Shown here piece after piece: positions 1 to 9,400 of a DNA stretch of 60,678 bases. This stretch comes from a virus (taxonomy: Duplodnaviria; Caudoviricetes): positions 1 to 60,678 of the IMG/VR virus record IMGVR_UViG_3300032897_000004. One strand, 5' to 3'. Below the pieces are notes generated by a model. The model saw nothing but the letters and a program-made list of their open reading frames with translations. It was not told the DNA's origin and did not search any database. The position numbers and the translations under genes were made by a program. How positions within the stretch are numbered: the first letter of the stretch is position 1; each line of letters opens with the position of its first letter.

Positions 1-1550
1 ATCTTCGCCAGCTGAATCTGGAAGCCCTGCCACTCCAGCTTCAGGTCCTGCGTCATCATCAGGAACTTGCCCCATCCGGCGATGTCGTTACGGTTCAACA
101 CGACGCCGGATGCCCGCGCCATCTTCGCCATCTGGGCCTTCTGCTGATTGCTCGACAGCAAATAAAGGGCAGCCTGAGACGCACCGCGACCAAAGAACTT
201 GGTAAGGTAAAGAGAGCGCTTATCCTTGGGCAAGCTAGGTAGAACGTTCAGGAGCTGAGAGACAATCTGATTAGGTGGTAGGGCTGGGTCGATACCAGCC
301 TCGATGAGCAGGCGGTCCTCGGGCTTCAGCGTCAGACCAAGATTAATCTTCTGACGAGTAATGGCGTTCAGGGCCTGCTGATGGGCTGCGCCACCAGCAA
401 TCAGCTCACCCGTGAGAGACCTGCGACGCGCGGCCTGTGCCAGGGTAAACTGTCCCCGCGCCACCTGCAGCATATAGCGCGCATTCGCCGAAGAAATGCC
501 ATACTCCTCACGAATCTTGGCGACACTCATGTTACCGCTAATGCCCTTCTCCATCAGGCCCAACATGGTGGGAATGTCCATGTAGCGCATAGCGGCACTC
601 GTCTGAGAGCTGGATGTCTTGGCGTTCATCAGAGCAACAGCGGCAAGCCGCTCTTGCAACCCCGAACGCGCTCCGGCAAGCGCCTCTCGCAGATTAGCGC
701 TCCTCCCCTTGAGTCCGAATGCCTGCTCAATCTTCTGGACCGTAAGGTTGTGGGCACTGGCCTGAATCCCCATCTGGTTGAGGATGCTGGCGATGGCCAT
801 GCTCGACTGCTGACCCTTTATGGCGCGCTGCAGGTTCGCATAGATGTCGTTGATGCTCATTGTCTTGAGCGTCAAGGCGTTGCGCTCGTTGTAAAGCTTG
901 TACGCCTCATGGGCTTCGGCGGCGTTGCGGTAGGCATACCGGAAGGCGGTCGTCATCGCCCCCGGTTCAATCTTAAGCAGCTCACCAGAAGCAAGGATAG
1001 TCGACGACTGTACCGGGCTCATGCCGGTCAGCTTCGACATCTTGGCGACCTGCATGCCCCAGTTGCCATAGGTGTTCATTGCAGTAACGCCAAGACCGAC
1101 CAGCGTGGTCATCGCCCCAATAGCGAGGTTGGCCGCGGTGTTGAGGCCACTCAGTGCCTTCGTGGCGACGCTGCCAAAAGTATGAATCCTGTGTGTCGCC
1201 TTGACTGTGGTGTCCTGATAGGACTTCATCGCCCGTTCGGCGTTGCGAAGCTCTTGCTCCTGCATCTGGATGGCCTGCTTCTCGGCCTTCAGGGTGGTCT
1301 TGCCGCCGCGGAGCGGGTTCGTCGAGCGCTTGATTGCAGAGTCAAGCTTCTCGTACTTCTCAATCATCTTGTCGAGCGTCAGCATCTGCTCGACGTAGTA
1401 TGCCTTCGCCCGCTCCGCGTCGTCCTTCTGCTGAGTTTCGACGTCCTTGATGGCAGTCTTTAGTTTGGAGAGGTCCCGCAATAGGCCATTGAAGTCGCCG
1501 CGGGCGGTATATGTAATAGCTTTGCTAAAAGTCAACCCGCCCAGAGCCAC
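1..1550 (-). CDS. Tail tape measure protein, N-terminal part (runs off the window)
   Basis: Long minus-strand frame (GTG 1550 or TTG 1535; ...TFSKAITYTARGDFNGLLRDLSKLKTAIKDVETQQ...), Ala/Lys/Gln-rich and helical, downstream of the tail tube and chaperone genes; absent from the ORF track because it is truncated. Confidence 0.8.
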   Translation of the reverse strand, partial: MALGGLTFSKAITYTARGDFNGLLRDLSKLKTAIKDVETQQKDDAERAKAYYVEQMLTLDKMIEKYEKLDSAIKRSTNPLRGGKTTLKAEKQAIQMQEQELRNAERAMKSYQDTTVKATHRIHTFGSVATKALSGLNTAANLAIGAMTTLVGLGVTAMNTYGNWGMQVAKMSKLTGMSPVQSSTILASGELLKIEPGAMTTAFRYAYRNAAEAHEAYKLYNERNALTLKTMSINDIYANLQRAIKGQQSSMAIASILNQMGIQASAHNLTVQKIEQAFGLKGRSANLREALAGARSGLQERLAAVALMNAKTSSSQTSAAMRYMDIPTMLGLMEKGISGNMSVAKIREEYGISSANARYMLQVARGQFTLAQAARRRSLTGELIAGGAAHQQALNAITRQKINLGLTLKPEDRLLIEAGIDPALPPNQIVSQLLNVLPSLPKDKRSLYLTKFFGRGASQAALYLLSSNQQKAQMAKMARASGVVLNRNDIAGWGKFLMMTQDLKLEWQGFQIQLAK

Positions 1551-1552
1551 GC

Positions 1553-2119
1553 TTATCCGCGCCCCCGCTTCACATTGCAGTCCAAATGAGTAATACGAAC
1601 GTTGTCCACGGTGTGCGAGCCACCAAGAGACAATGGCAAAATGTGGTCAAGCGACTGAGACATTCTATCCGGCCACACCAGCTCTCTATCAATAGGGCCA
1701 CCACAAATGCCACAGACCCAGCCATCTCTTTCGCCAATCTCAGTACGACTTATTGACTGAAAGGCAACACCTATCCGAAGACGCCTCCGATGATGTTGTT
1801 CGCTGGCATAGTCGGGGTGGGTAACGCGATACTGTCGATACGCCGCTTTCATGTTGTCCGGGTGAGCACGCTGCCAGTCGGCGTTGTAGGCGCGGACTTC
1901 CGCTACATGCGTGTCGCGATATTGCTTCGTAATAACAGCACGAGCATCTTTGTTCTCGCGCTGCCACCGAGAAACGTTATCCTTGATGCGCTGACGATGT
2001 TCCCTGTAGTAGGCGGCATAGCATGCCTTGCAACGCCATTGCCTACCATCTGGGCTGGAGGAACATTTACTGAAATCCTCCAGCCCCTTTTCGCAACCGC
2101 ATGTCGAACAACGCTTCAT
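1553..2119 (-). CDS. HNH homing endonuclease
   Basis: N-terminal CxxC..CxxC; C-terminal RDGWVCGICG...LDHILPLSLGGSHTVDNVRITHLDCN HNH motif; sits between chaperone and tape measure genes. Confidence 0.9.
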   Translation of the reverse strand: MKRCSTCGCEKGLEDFSKCSSSPDGRQWRCKACYAAYYREHRQRIKDNVSRWQRENKDARAVITKQYRDTHVAEVRAYNADWQRAHPDNMKAAYRQYRVTHPDYASEQHHRRRLRIGVAFQSISRTEIGERDGWVCGICGGPIDRELVWPDRMSQSLDHILPLSLGGSHTVDNVRITHLDCNVKRGRG

Positions 2120-2122
2120 CTA

Positions 2123-2473
2123 CTAAAACCCCAGCGAAACCCCCAGATATTCCACCATCTTAGCCTTATCGGGGTCTGAAATGTCGTCGATGGACAGCTC
2201 GCCCTCCTTGGGCTCACCCGTCACGACCTTAGGCTCGATGAAGGCGAAGGCGAGACGCCACTCGATGGCAGCCTGACGCTGCTCGACGCTAGCCTCTTCC
2301 GCATCATCCATGACCTTACGAACGAACTCGGGAACCTGACCGGTCTTGCGCAGCACATACATGTTGTGACGCATGACGCGGGCCACGTTGCCGCTCGGAA
2401 GTTCGATAACTTCCTCTTGAGCGGACTTCCAATCCTTGGCCGGAGTGACCTTCGACTTCCTAGCTTCAGTCAT
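2123..2473 (-). CDS. Tail assembly chaperone (gpG-like)
   Basis: Position before tape measure; IELPSGNVARV...EPKVV...SIDDISDPDK pattern resembling TAC proteins. Confidence 0.6.
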   Translation of the reverse strand: MTEARKSKVTPAKDWKSAQEEVIELPSGNVARVMRHNMYVLRKTGQVPEFVRKVMDDAEEASVEQRQAAIEWRLAFAFIEPKVVTGEPKEGELSIDDISDPDKAKMVEYLGVSLGF

Positions 2474-2485
2474 TGTTGCCTCCTG

Positions 2486-2968
2486 TTATTTCTTCTGAGC
2501 TGCCTTGACTTGCCGCTCCTCTTCTTTGCCGAGGCTCTCGGCGATGGTCGCATCGAAAGCGATGGCCGCATTGCGGTTCTGCTCCCAGATGCCAACGTAC
2601 TTTGACGGTGGGATATGAAAGATGCGAGCAATCGCGCCGAGATGCAGACCCTCATCGGTCTTGGCAAACTGCCAGACGCACCATTGGTAGAGGAAGTCAA
2701 TCTCGCCTTCCTCGATTTCGCACTCGTCGAAGCTCGCCTCGGGGTGCCTCCACATTGCTTTGACAAGACCCGTCTTGGACGCCCCGACTTCGAGGAGGCA
2801 GGCGAGGTCGGGGACGTCCATGACGGTAACGTGTCCGGTTCCGGGGATAGTTACAATGTAGCAACCATCGACGAAATCCTCCTCGTCAATGTTGGCTGCA
2901 AGCTGGCCACTTTCGTCAAAGTAGTAGCCCTGCTGTTGCAGCTCAAAATCGAGAGGAGTGTCGGACAT
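2486..2968 (-). CDS. Tail assembly chaperone-like protein (C-terminal half gpT-like)
   Basis: Directly after the tail tube gene; C-terminal IARIFHIPPSKYVG...AIAFDATIAE resembles the post-frameshift T segment. Confidence 0.45.
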   Translation of the reverse strand: MSDTPLDFELQQQGYYFDESGQLAANIDEEDFVDGCYIVTIPGTGHVTVMDVPDLACLLEVGASKTGLVKAMWRHPEASFDECEIEEGEIDFLYQWCVWQFAKTDEGLHLGAIARIFHIPPSKYVGIWEQNRNAAIAFDATIAESLGKEEERQVKAAQKK

Positions 2969-4191
2969 TAGATTGAGCCGGTATAGGCAAACGGGGTCGT
3001 ACCACTAACGGGAGGCGACACGCAGAAGTTCGTGAGCGCCATCGTGTCGATGGTGTAGAACTCGGCGAACGACCCACTAGAGCCATCGAGACGACCGGCA
3101 TAGTCGAAGGACGCACCAATCAGACGCTTATTCGTGATGGCATCAGGCGTGAAGTTGGTGTACTGCATGCCCGGGAACCACGCCACGAACTTGGCCGGAG
3201 AAGTGCCGGTCAGGTAGTTGGTGCTCTTCAGATAGAACGTCGCCGGAACCGCGGTTGCATTCCGATAGGCATCATAGTCACTAGCGAGACAGATACGCTT
3301 CGTCAGCGTACCGGTCACCGTCGGCCACACGTCGGAGAACTCAACGCTATCAGGATACAGAGTGTTCTGCGTGAAGGCGAAGTAGTTGTCCAGCGTGTTG
3401 GTAGTCGTCATGTTCCAGTCCATGACCTTGGACGTGCTCGGGTTCGAAAGCTGAGTCGTACCAGAGTCAAGCGAGAGGTTGCCCTTCGCATAGGGCTTGA
3501 ACGTGTCGAACGATGGCGTCAGGCTGAAGGTCGGGTAGGAGCCACCGGCATTAGCGGGCGTGAAGTAGAGGCCCTTGATGGTCAGCGTGACCGACAGCGA
3601 GTTGTCCGAATCGAAGGCGAAGGCCGCAGATTCGACGGCCGCACCGGAGAGAATCCAACCGTTGCCCGGGCTGGTGCCCATCAACGGCGCGAACTTCACT
3701 AGAGCGGTCTGAGGGACAATGCGCGTCGCCGGGGACCACTGCCAATGATGCTGATAGGTACCCGTTGCTACCTTGTCGCTTGTAGGCGTCGAGAATACCG
3801 CGGTCGTGGTCACGTCACTCGTGTTGCCGTCTCCGAGAACCGAGCCGCTTGCGCCCGTAGTCGTGTCCTGAGAGCCGCAAATCCAGAACAGAAGAACGGC
3901 CAAGCCATTCGGCCGACAACGCAGCTTTAGGGTAATCTGAGGAGCATACTGACCAGCGCCCGAATGCTGCGGCGGACCATTGAGGCCCATCAGCTCATCC
4001 GACGTCTCCAGCAGGGTTGCGTTCGGCGAATAGGTCACCTCCTGCACGCGGAAGTCGTAGGTCAGCGGCGATGCCGCTGCAGTACCCCAACCATCCTTGC
4101 CGCTCGGGAACGTACCCCCGAGAACATCGGACTCGGTCAGCGGCACCGATTCGAACTGAATGCGGCAAATGGCGTTACTCGTTGCTGTCAT
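2968..4191 (-). CDS. Major tail (tube) protein
   Basis: 407 aa, Thr/Ser/Gly-rich beta protein after the tail terminator; YQHHW and GAAVESAAFAF segments like siphovirus tube proteins. Confidence 0.75.
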   Translation of the reverse strand: MTATSNAICRIQFESVPLTESDVLGGTFPSGKDGWGTAAASPLTYDFRVQEVTYSPNATLLETSDELMGLNGPPQHSGAGQYAPQITLKLRCRPNGLAVLLFWICGSQDTTTGASGSVLGDGNTSDVTTTAVFSTPTSDKVATGTYQHHWQWSPATRIVPQTALVKFAPLMGTSPGNGWILSGAAVESAAFAFDSDNSLSVTLTIKGLYFTPANAGGSYPTFSLTPSFDTFKPYAKGNLSLDSGTTQLSNPSTSKVMDWNMTTTNTLDNYFAFTQNTLYPDSVEFSDVWPTVTGTLTKRICLASDYDAYRNATAVPATFYLKSTNYLTGTSPAKFVAWFPGMQYTNFTPDAITNKRLIGASFDYAGRLDGSSGSFAEFYTIDTMALTNFCVSPPVSGTTPFAYTGSI

Positions 4192-4411
4192 TGTTGTTCA
4201 CCCCCTTCTTGGGGTTCGTCTTAACAGGAGCATCATCGCGAATGACGAGCGGAAGCTGCATGTCGTCGATGAGTGTTTGCGCTTGTTCTTTGGTCAGGTT
4301 CAAACTCTCCAGGTCGACACTGCAACCAGCGCAGTACTCCCCCGGGAAGTTAGGAAAGAGGCGCGGAACGACCCCGTAGGGACAATCCGGCCACTCGATG
4401 AAGCAGGCCAC
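4175..4411 (-). CDS. Small hypothetical protein between terminator and tube genes
   Basis: GTG start with SD (aaggagg), tight packing. Confidence 0.6.
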   Translation of the reverse strand: MACFIEWPDCPYGVVPRLFPNFPGEYCAGCSVDLESLNLTKEQAQTLIDDMQLPLVIRDDAPVKTNPKKGVNNNDSNE

Positions 4412-4421
4412 GTTTGCCTCC

Positions 4422-4946
4422 TTAGAATGATTCGTAGGTCTCGACCCTGAACTCCAGCGGCACGTTCATGGCGTTCTCCGCGGGCGTCAGCTGGCCGAGA
4501 GGTGTATCGTACAGAATCTGCATGAGCGTACATTTCGTCAGCAGGAGCGAGCCATCGAACTGCGATGGGTCCATGAGGATTTCGGCGATAGCCAAGGCAT
4601 AACGTCGAATCTTCTTAGCCAGCTCCCCGCTTAGAACATCGCCCTGACAGGCGATGAAGACGTAAATCTGATGTGTAATGGCGGTGCCAGCACCCTCATC
4701 CTCGATATCCTCAGGTCCCTCATTGACCGCGCGAGCATCGAGAATGAACACGGCTGGATAGACAACCTGCATCATGTCGGGCATGAGGGCAGGAGTCATC
4801 GGTGCGTAGTACTGCTTGCTGTCGGGAACTTCTAGCTCAACACCATCGTTGTAGCGAGCCGCCACCTGCGTCAACTTACTCGGCAGCTCCTGCTGTAGAA
4901 CGTAGGTAATTTCGCTGATGACCTCTTCAGCAAGCAAAAATCCCAT
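4422..4946 (-). CDS. Tail terminator / tail completion protein
   Basis: Acidic 174 aa, YPAVFI motif, canonical position. Confidence 0.6.
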   Translation of the reverse strand: MGFLLAEEVISEITYVLQQELPSKLTQVAARYNDGVELEVPDSKQYYAPMTPALMPDMMQVVYPAVFILDARAVNEGPEDIEDEGAGTAITHQIYVFIACQGDVLSGELAKKIRRYALAIAEILMDPSQFDGSLLLTKCTLMQILYDTPLGQLTPAENAMNVPLEFRVETYESF

Positions 4947-5596
4947 TAGTGCCTCCGTACGGAAACAAAGCGCCCACTCGGCGACATCCAGCGATAGCCG
5001 TACTTCCCGACCGGGACGTAGCGCAGACCCTCACCGATGCCCTGGCTCCTGATGGTATAGGTCTTCGGCATTGGGCTGCCCGTCGCGTCCAACATGACAG
5101 CGTAGAAGTCCTCAATCATCTCCTCCCACTTCTGCAGCTCCATCTCGTTGGGCTCGAATGGACGAGCGACCTGACCACTGTCCGTGCCACTGTTGAAGTA
5201 GTCGGCGTAGTTGTGGCCGTCCCCCGCCTCGGTCACGTTGCTAGCCTGTCCCCATGACGCCTCGGTATGGCTGAAGTGATGTGTGTAGCCCTCGCCTCCG
5301 GCGAGGCTCTCATACATCCGACCAGTCATGACGCCGACTTGGTCGCTACCGTAGCGGTCTGCCTTATAGACAGCCCAATACTCGGCGTTCGGCTGCCATG
5401 CCTCCTGCCCCATAACCGCGCCCTGCTTCTCGAAGACCTCGTTGACGTACTCAAGCCAGCGGGCTTCCAGCGCACGGAAAAGTGGCTCGGCAGACTTCAT
5501 ATTGTTCTCGGCCGCGGTCACCCGCAGCCGCCATGCCTCCATCGCATTGTCGACGTCAAACGAAATAGGCATTACCACTCCTTGCCTCGCCACCAC
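4946..5596 (-). CDS. Virion morphogenesis / tail completion protein (Mu gpG-like); start may be 5572
   Basis: EVFEKQG...WQPNA...TGRMYESL...YADYFNSGT...VARPF pattern. Confidence 0.65.
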   Translation of the reverse strand: MVARQGVVMPISFDVDNAMEAWRLRVTAAENNMKSAEPLFRALEARWLEYVNEVFEKQGAVMGQEAWQPNAEYWAVYKADRYGSDQVGVMTGRMYESLAGGEGYTHHFSHTEASWGQASNVTEAGDGHNYADYFNSGTDSGQVARPFEPNEMELQKWEEMIEDFYAVMLDATGSPMPKTYTIRSQGIGEGLRYVPVGKYGYRWMSPSGRFVSVRRH

Positions 5597-6396
5597 CAGG
5601 GAGTCGTGTAGTCAACATCGGAATCAATGTCGACCGGCACGGTCTTGGTCGTGTAGCCCGCGCTCATCACCGAGACCGGGACGATGGTGTCAGCGCCATA
5701 GAGGTTGAAGTGCGGGTCGCGCAGCTGCTGCAGCCATGCCTGATACTTCGTCTGGAACTTGCCGAAGGCACCGCGGTCGGACGACATGCCGATGTCGCCC
5801 GGCTGTCGCGACAGAATGATGGCCGCGGCGGCACCGTACTGGTTGATGGTCTTCAGAAAGCTGTAGGCGTTTGGCTCGGTAATGGGCAGCATGTAGCCGC
5901 GGCCCATGAGCACGCCGTCAATCTCACGTGCAATCGTCTCGACAATTAGCTGTGCAGTTGCGACGCTCGGCGTCGTCTTATCGGTGATGGGGACTCCGGC
6001 CATGATGGCAAGGGTCTCTTCCAGCGAACAGTAGGCGGTGCGCTGCGGCTGTTCACCGTGAACGAACACGTAGCCATAGGCTACCGGAGTGCGATTACCG
6101 AGTGAGTCGATAAGGTCAGACTGCCAGAAATAGCTACCGCCAAGATTAACGGTGTCTGTACCGGATAGAACCACAGAAAACGTACCACCAAGCGGTGAGG
6201 TAATGGTGATGTTACCATTACCACCAGACATGAGATAGTTAACGAGCTTCTCTGTGCTGTCCTCGTCGTCCTTTAGAAACCATTCGATGTCGGCGTAGGC
6301 ACCAAGGTTAACAGCAAGATTGCTCTCGTCGGTAACCGAGATATTAATCCGTTTATCTGCCCCGGACCAAGCGTCCAGGTTAGTAGGTGCTCCCAT
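5572..6396 (-). CDS. Head-tail adaptor with N-terminal Ig-like (BppU_N-like) domain
   Basis: C-terminal half begins AYCSLEE and has IDGVLMGRGYMLP (adaptor-like); N-terminal ~115 aa beta domain ending GYVFV. Confidence 0.65.
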   Translation of the reverse strand: MGAPTNLDAWSGADKRINISVTDESNLAVNLGAYADIEWFLKDDEDSTEKLVNYLMSGGNGNITITSPLGGTFSVVLSGTDTVNLGGSYFWQSDLIDSLGNRTPVAYGYVFVHGEQPQRTAYCSLEETLAIMAGVPITDKTTPSVATAQLIVETIAREIDGVLMGRGYMLPITEPNAYSFLKTINQYGAAAAIILSRQPGDIGMSSDRGAFGKFQTKYQAWLQQLRDPHFNLYGADTIVPVSVMSAGYTTKTVPVDIDSDVDYTTPWWWRGKEW

Positions 6397-6404
6397 GCCC
6401 TTCC

Positions 6405-9400
6405 TTATCTCTTCCCGGGTGCGTCAATAGGTGGGTCGATGCGACCGTCAATGTCGCTCTCCGCGGCTAGTGGCAGTTTCCCCTTCACCTCGTCGGGGGC
6501 GGGCAATTCTATGTCAATAGTTGTCGCCGAAGGCAATTTGGCCGCAATGCTTTCCTGTTCTATTATACCGGAAACAGTAACAACCGGCAGCGGCGGCAAG
6601 GTGCGCAAGAAGGCGGCACCCGTCACAGCACCAGTAAGGATAGCCGTGATGACTGCAGAACCCGTGGTGTCGGTCACACAAACCGCATAGACGACGGCAC
6701 CGCCGGTCGTGTCGTTGTAGCGGAGAACCACATAGGTTGTAGCAATATCAACTACCACATCAACGACGGCGCTGCGATTGCGGAAGACCTTGCTGTCAAC
6801 GGTGGCAATGCTGGCTATAAGGGCTGCGGCAGTAGTGACATGCCGAGCGCCGCTGGTAACCGCCGCCGAGACAGCAGATGCGGTCATTGCGTGACACGGT
6901 AGGCCGAGATGCGAAACCGTCGCCGTCAGATGGGCCGCGACGGAAGCCGCACGCGGATGATGCCCCGCAGATGCTGCCGCAGTTGAGCTAAGCGCTAGGA
7001 CACTGACGCTGCGCGGATGGTTTCCTTGACTGGCCACCCCCGCCGCAGCTGACACTGCGGCAACAGCGTGAACGGGTATAGTCAGGTGAGAAGCCGCGGC
7101 CGAGCTGATGGCCGTAGCTGTTGCCGTACGCGGCATCGTGCCGGTGCGGACGACCGTAGCCGAGCAGGTCGCGACTTCCATGGCGGTGCGCGATTTGGTA
7201 CCGGTGCGTGTAACGATGACCGAGCAGACAGCGGCCACCGAGGCAGTGCGGTCGTTTACACCGGCCACTGAGCCCGTGACCGCCGCCAAACACGTTGCCA
7301 CCACACTGGCTGTGCGAGCAAAAACAATAGGGTTACGCGTCGCCGTCGCTGAGCAGACAGCGCCCGCGGGAGCCGTGCGCGGCATCGTGCCCGTACGGAC
7401 GACAGCGGTGGCCGCAGTAACGCTCGCGGTCGCGTGGTCGGGCAATGCAAGATGAGAGACCATGGCCGAAGCACTCGCCGTCTGTGCAACGGTACGCGGC
7501 GCAGTCATTGTCTTCGTCACCGTTGTCGAGCAAACCGCGCTCGCAGAGGCCGTCCGCGGCATCGTGCCCGTACGGACGACAGCGGTGGCCGCAGTAACGC
7601 TCGCGGTCGCATGGTCGGGCAATGTAAGATGAGAGACCGTAGCTGAGCACGTGGCCGCCACCGCAGCAGTGCGCGGCATCGCGCCTGTATGCGTCACCGT
7701 TGTCGAGCAAACCGCGCTCGCAGAGGCCGTGCGCGGCATCGTGCCTGTACGGGTAACGGTGGTCGCGCACGTAGCCGTCGCGGCTGCGGTGCGCGGCTTG
7801 GTGCCCGTTCGGGTAACGGTGACCGCCGCGGCGGCGCTTGCCGTAGCGTGGCTGGGCAACGTCAGGTGAGAGACCGTCGCTGAGGCGCTCGCCGCCACGG
7901 TCGCGGTGCGGGAGAAGGCGATGGCGTTACGGGTGACGGTAGCGGCACACGCAGCGGAAGCCGTAGCCGTGCGTGGTGCGGTCATCGCCTTGGTTACTGT
8001 GCTGGAGCACGTAGCCGCAACCGTCGCCGTACGCGGCGCGGTCATTGCCTTCGTTACGGTGCTGGAACACGTCGCCGTCGCGGCTGCGGTGCGCGGCATC
8101 GTTCCCGTACGGGTAACGGTGGCAGCCGCAGTTGCAGTTGCCGTAGCGTGGTCGGGTAGCGTCAAATGAGAAACGGTGCGAGAACAGGTCGCCGTCGCCG
8201 TGGCGTGGCCGGGCAACGTCAGGTGAGAGACCGTCGCCGAGGCGCTCGCCGCCACGGTCGCGGTGCGGGAGAAGGCGATGGCGTTACGGGTGACGGTAGC
8301 GGCACACGCAGCGGAAGCCGTACCCGTGCGTGGTGCGGTCATCGCCTTGGTTACTGTGCTGGAGCACGTAGCCGCAACCGTCGCCGTACGCGGCGCGGTC
8401 ATTGCCTTCGTTACGGTGCTGGAACACGTCGCCGTCGCGGCTGCGGTGCGCGGCATCGTTCCCGTACGGGTAACGGTGGCAGCCGCAGTTGCAGTTGCCG
8501 TAGCGTGGTCGGGTAGCGTCAAATGAGAAACGGTGCGAGAGCAGGCTGCCGCTACCGTAGCGGTACGCGGCATCGTGCCCGTACGGGTGACGGTCGTCGT
8601 GCAGGCGGCGGCGACGGTGCCCGTGCGTGGCATCGTACCCGTACGGGTAACGGTAGCCGAACAGACCGCCGCCGCAGTTGCGGTGCGACTCTTCGTCGTA
8701 CTCGGAGTAGAAGCGGCCAACACACCAGCGTTGTAGTTTGCCGCAACCTCAGCAGCTGACAGACAGCGATTGTAGATGCGGATGGTGGCAATGCCGTCGG
8801 TGAAGTAGCGGTCAGCGGAGCCGTTAAAGGCCCGCACCCCGATGTAGGTGTGCGTCGAGGTGAAGGTGCCGCCCGGCCCGGCGGCGCTCTGCTGGTCGCC
8901 ACCGTCGGTGTAGATGTAGAGGTTGGTGCCATCATAAGTGGCAACGCCGTGGTGCCAACCGCCCCCGGTCACGACCACGGTACCATATGGCACCCCAGAG
9001 CCTCCGGCGTCGTTGACGGACCCGTTGCCGAGCACGGTGCCGCTGACCAGCAGCGTGGTACGAGCCGTGCCAGAGTCGTCGCCCTCGCCGACCAGCGTGA
9101 CAGTGCCCGAGTTAGTGCATTTGAACCAAGCCTCAAACGACCATGCCGAGCCCTCGGTGATGCCAAGGTCGGGCAACGACACGTAGTCGCTGCCGCCGTC
9201 GAACTGCAGCCGATAGGGGTCACCCGTCGTGCCCGAGCCTGCCCAGCCCGACGAGGTCGTGTAGGCGAAGGTCTGCAGCGTGCCGGTGTCGCCGTTCCCC
9301 GTGTGGTCGTACCACGTGCCGGTCGGTGTCGGACTGTTGACGCCCTGAGAGGTGCCGTTGACGGCAAGGGCGGCGACGTACTCCGCGACCAGTCCTGTCG

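Noticed and set aside
381-1463. 360-aa plus-strand ORF
   Set aside because: Antisense to the tape measure gene
2120-2125. Stop-codon reassignment suggested by in-frame TAG TAG before the HNH gene
   Set aside because: Conserved genes are intact under the standard code and many end normally in TAG
7854-8545. Possible DGR template/variable repeat
   Set aside because: In-frame tandem duplication, differences not adenine-specific, no reverse transcriptase in the window
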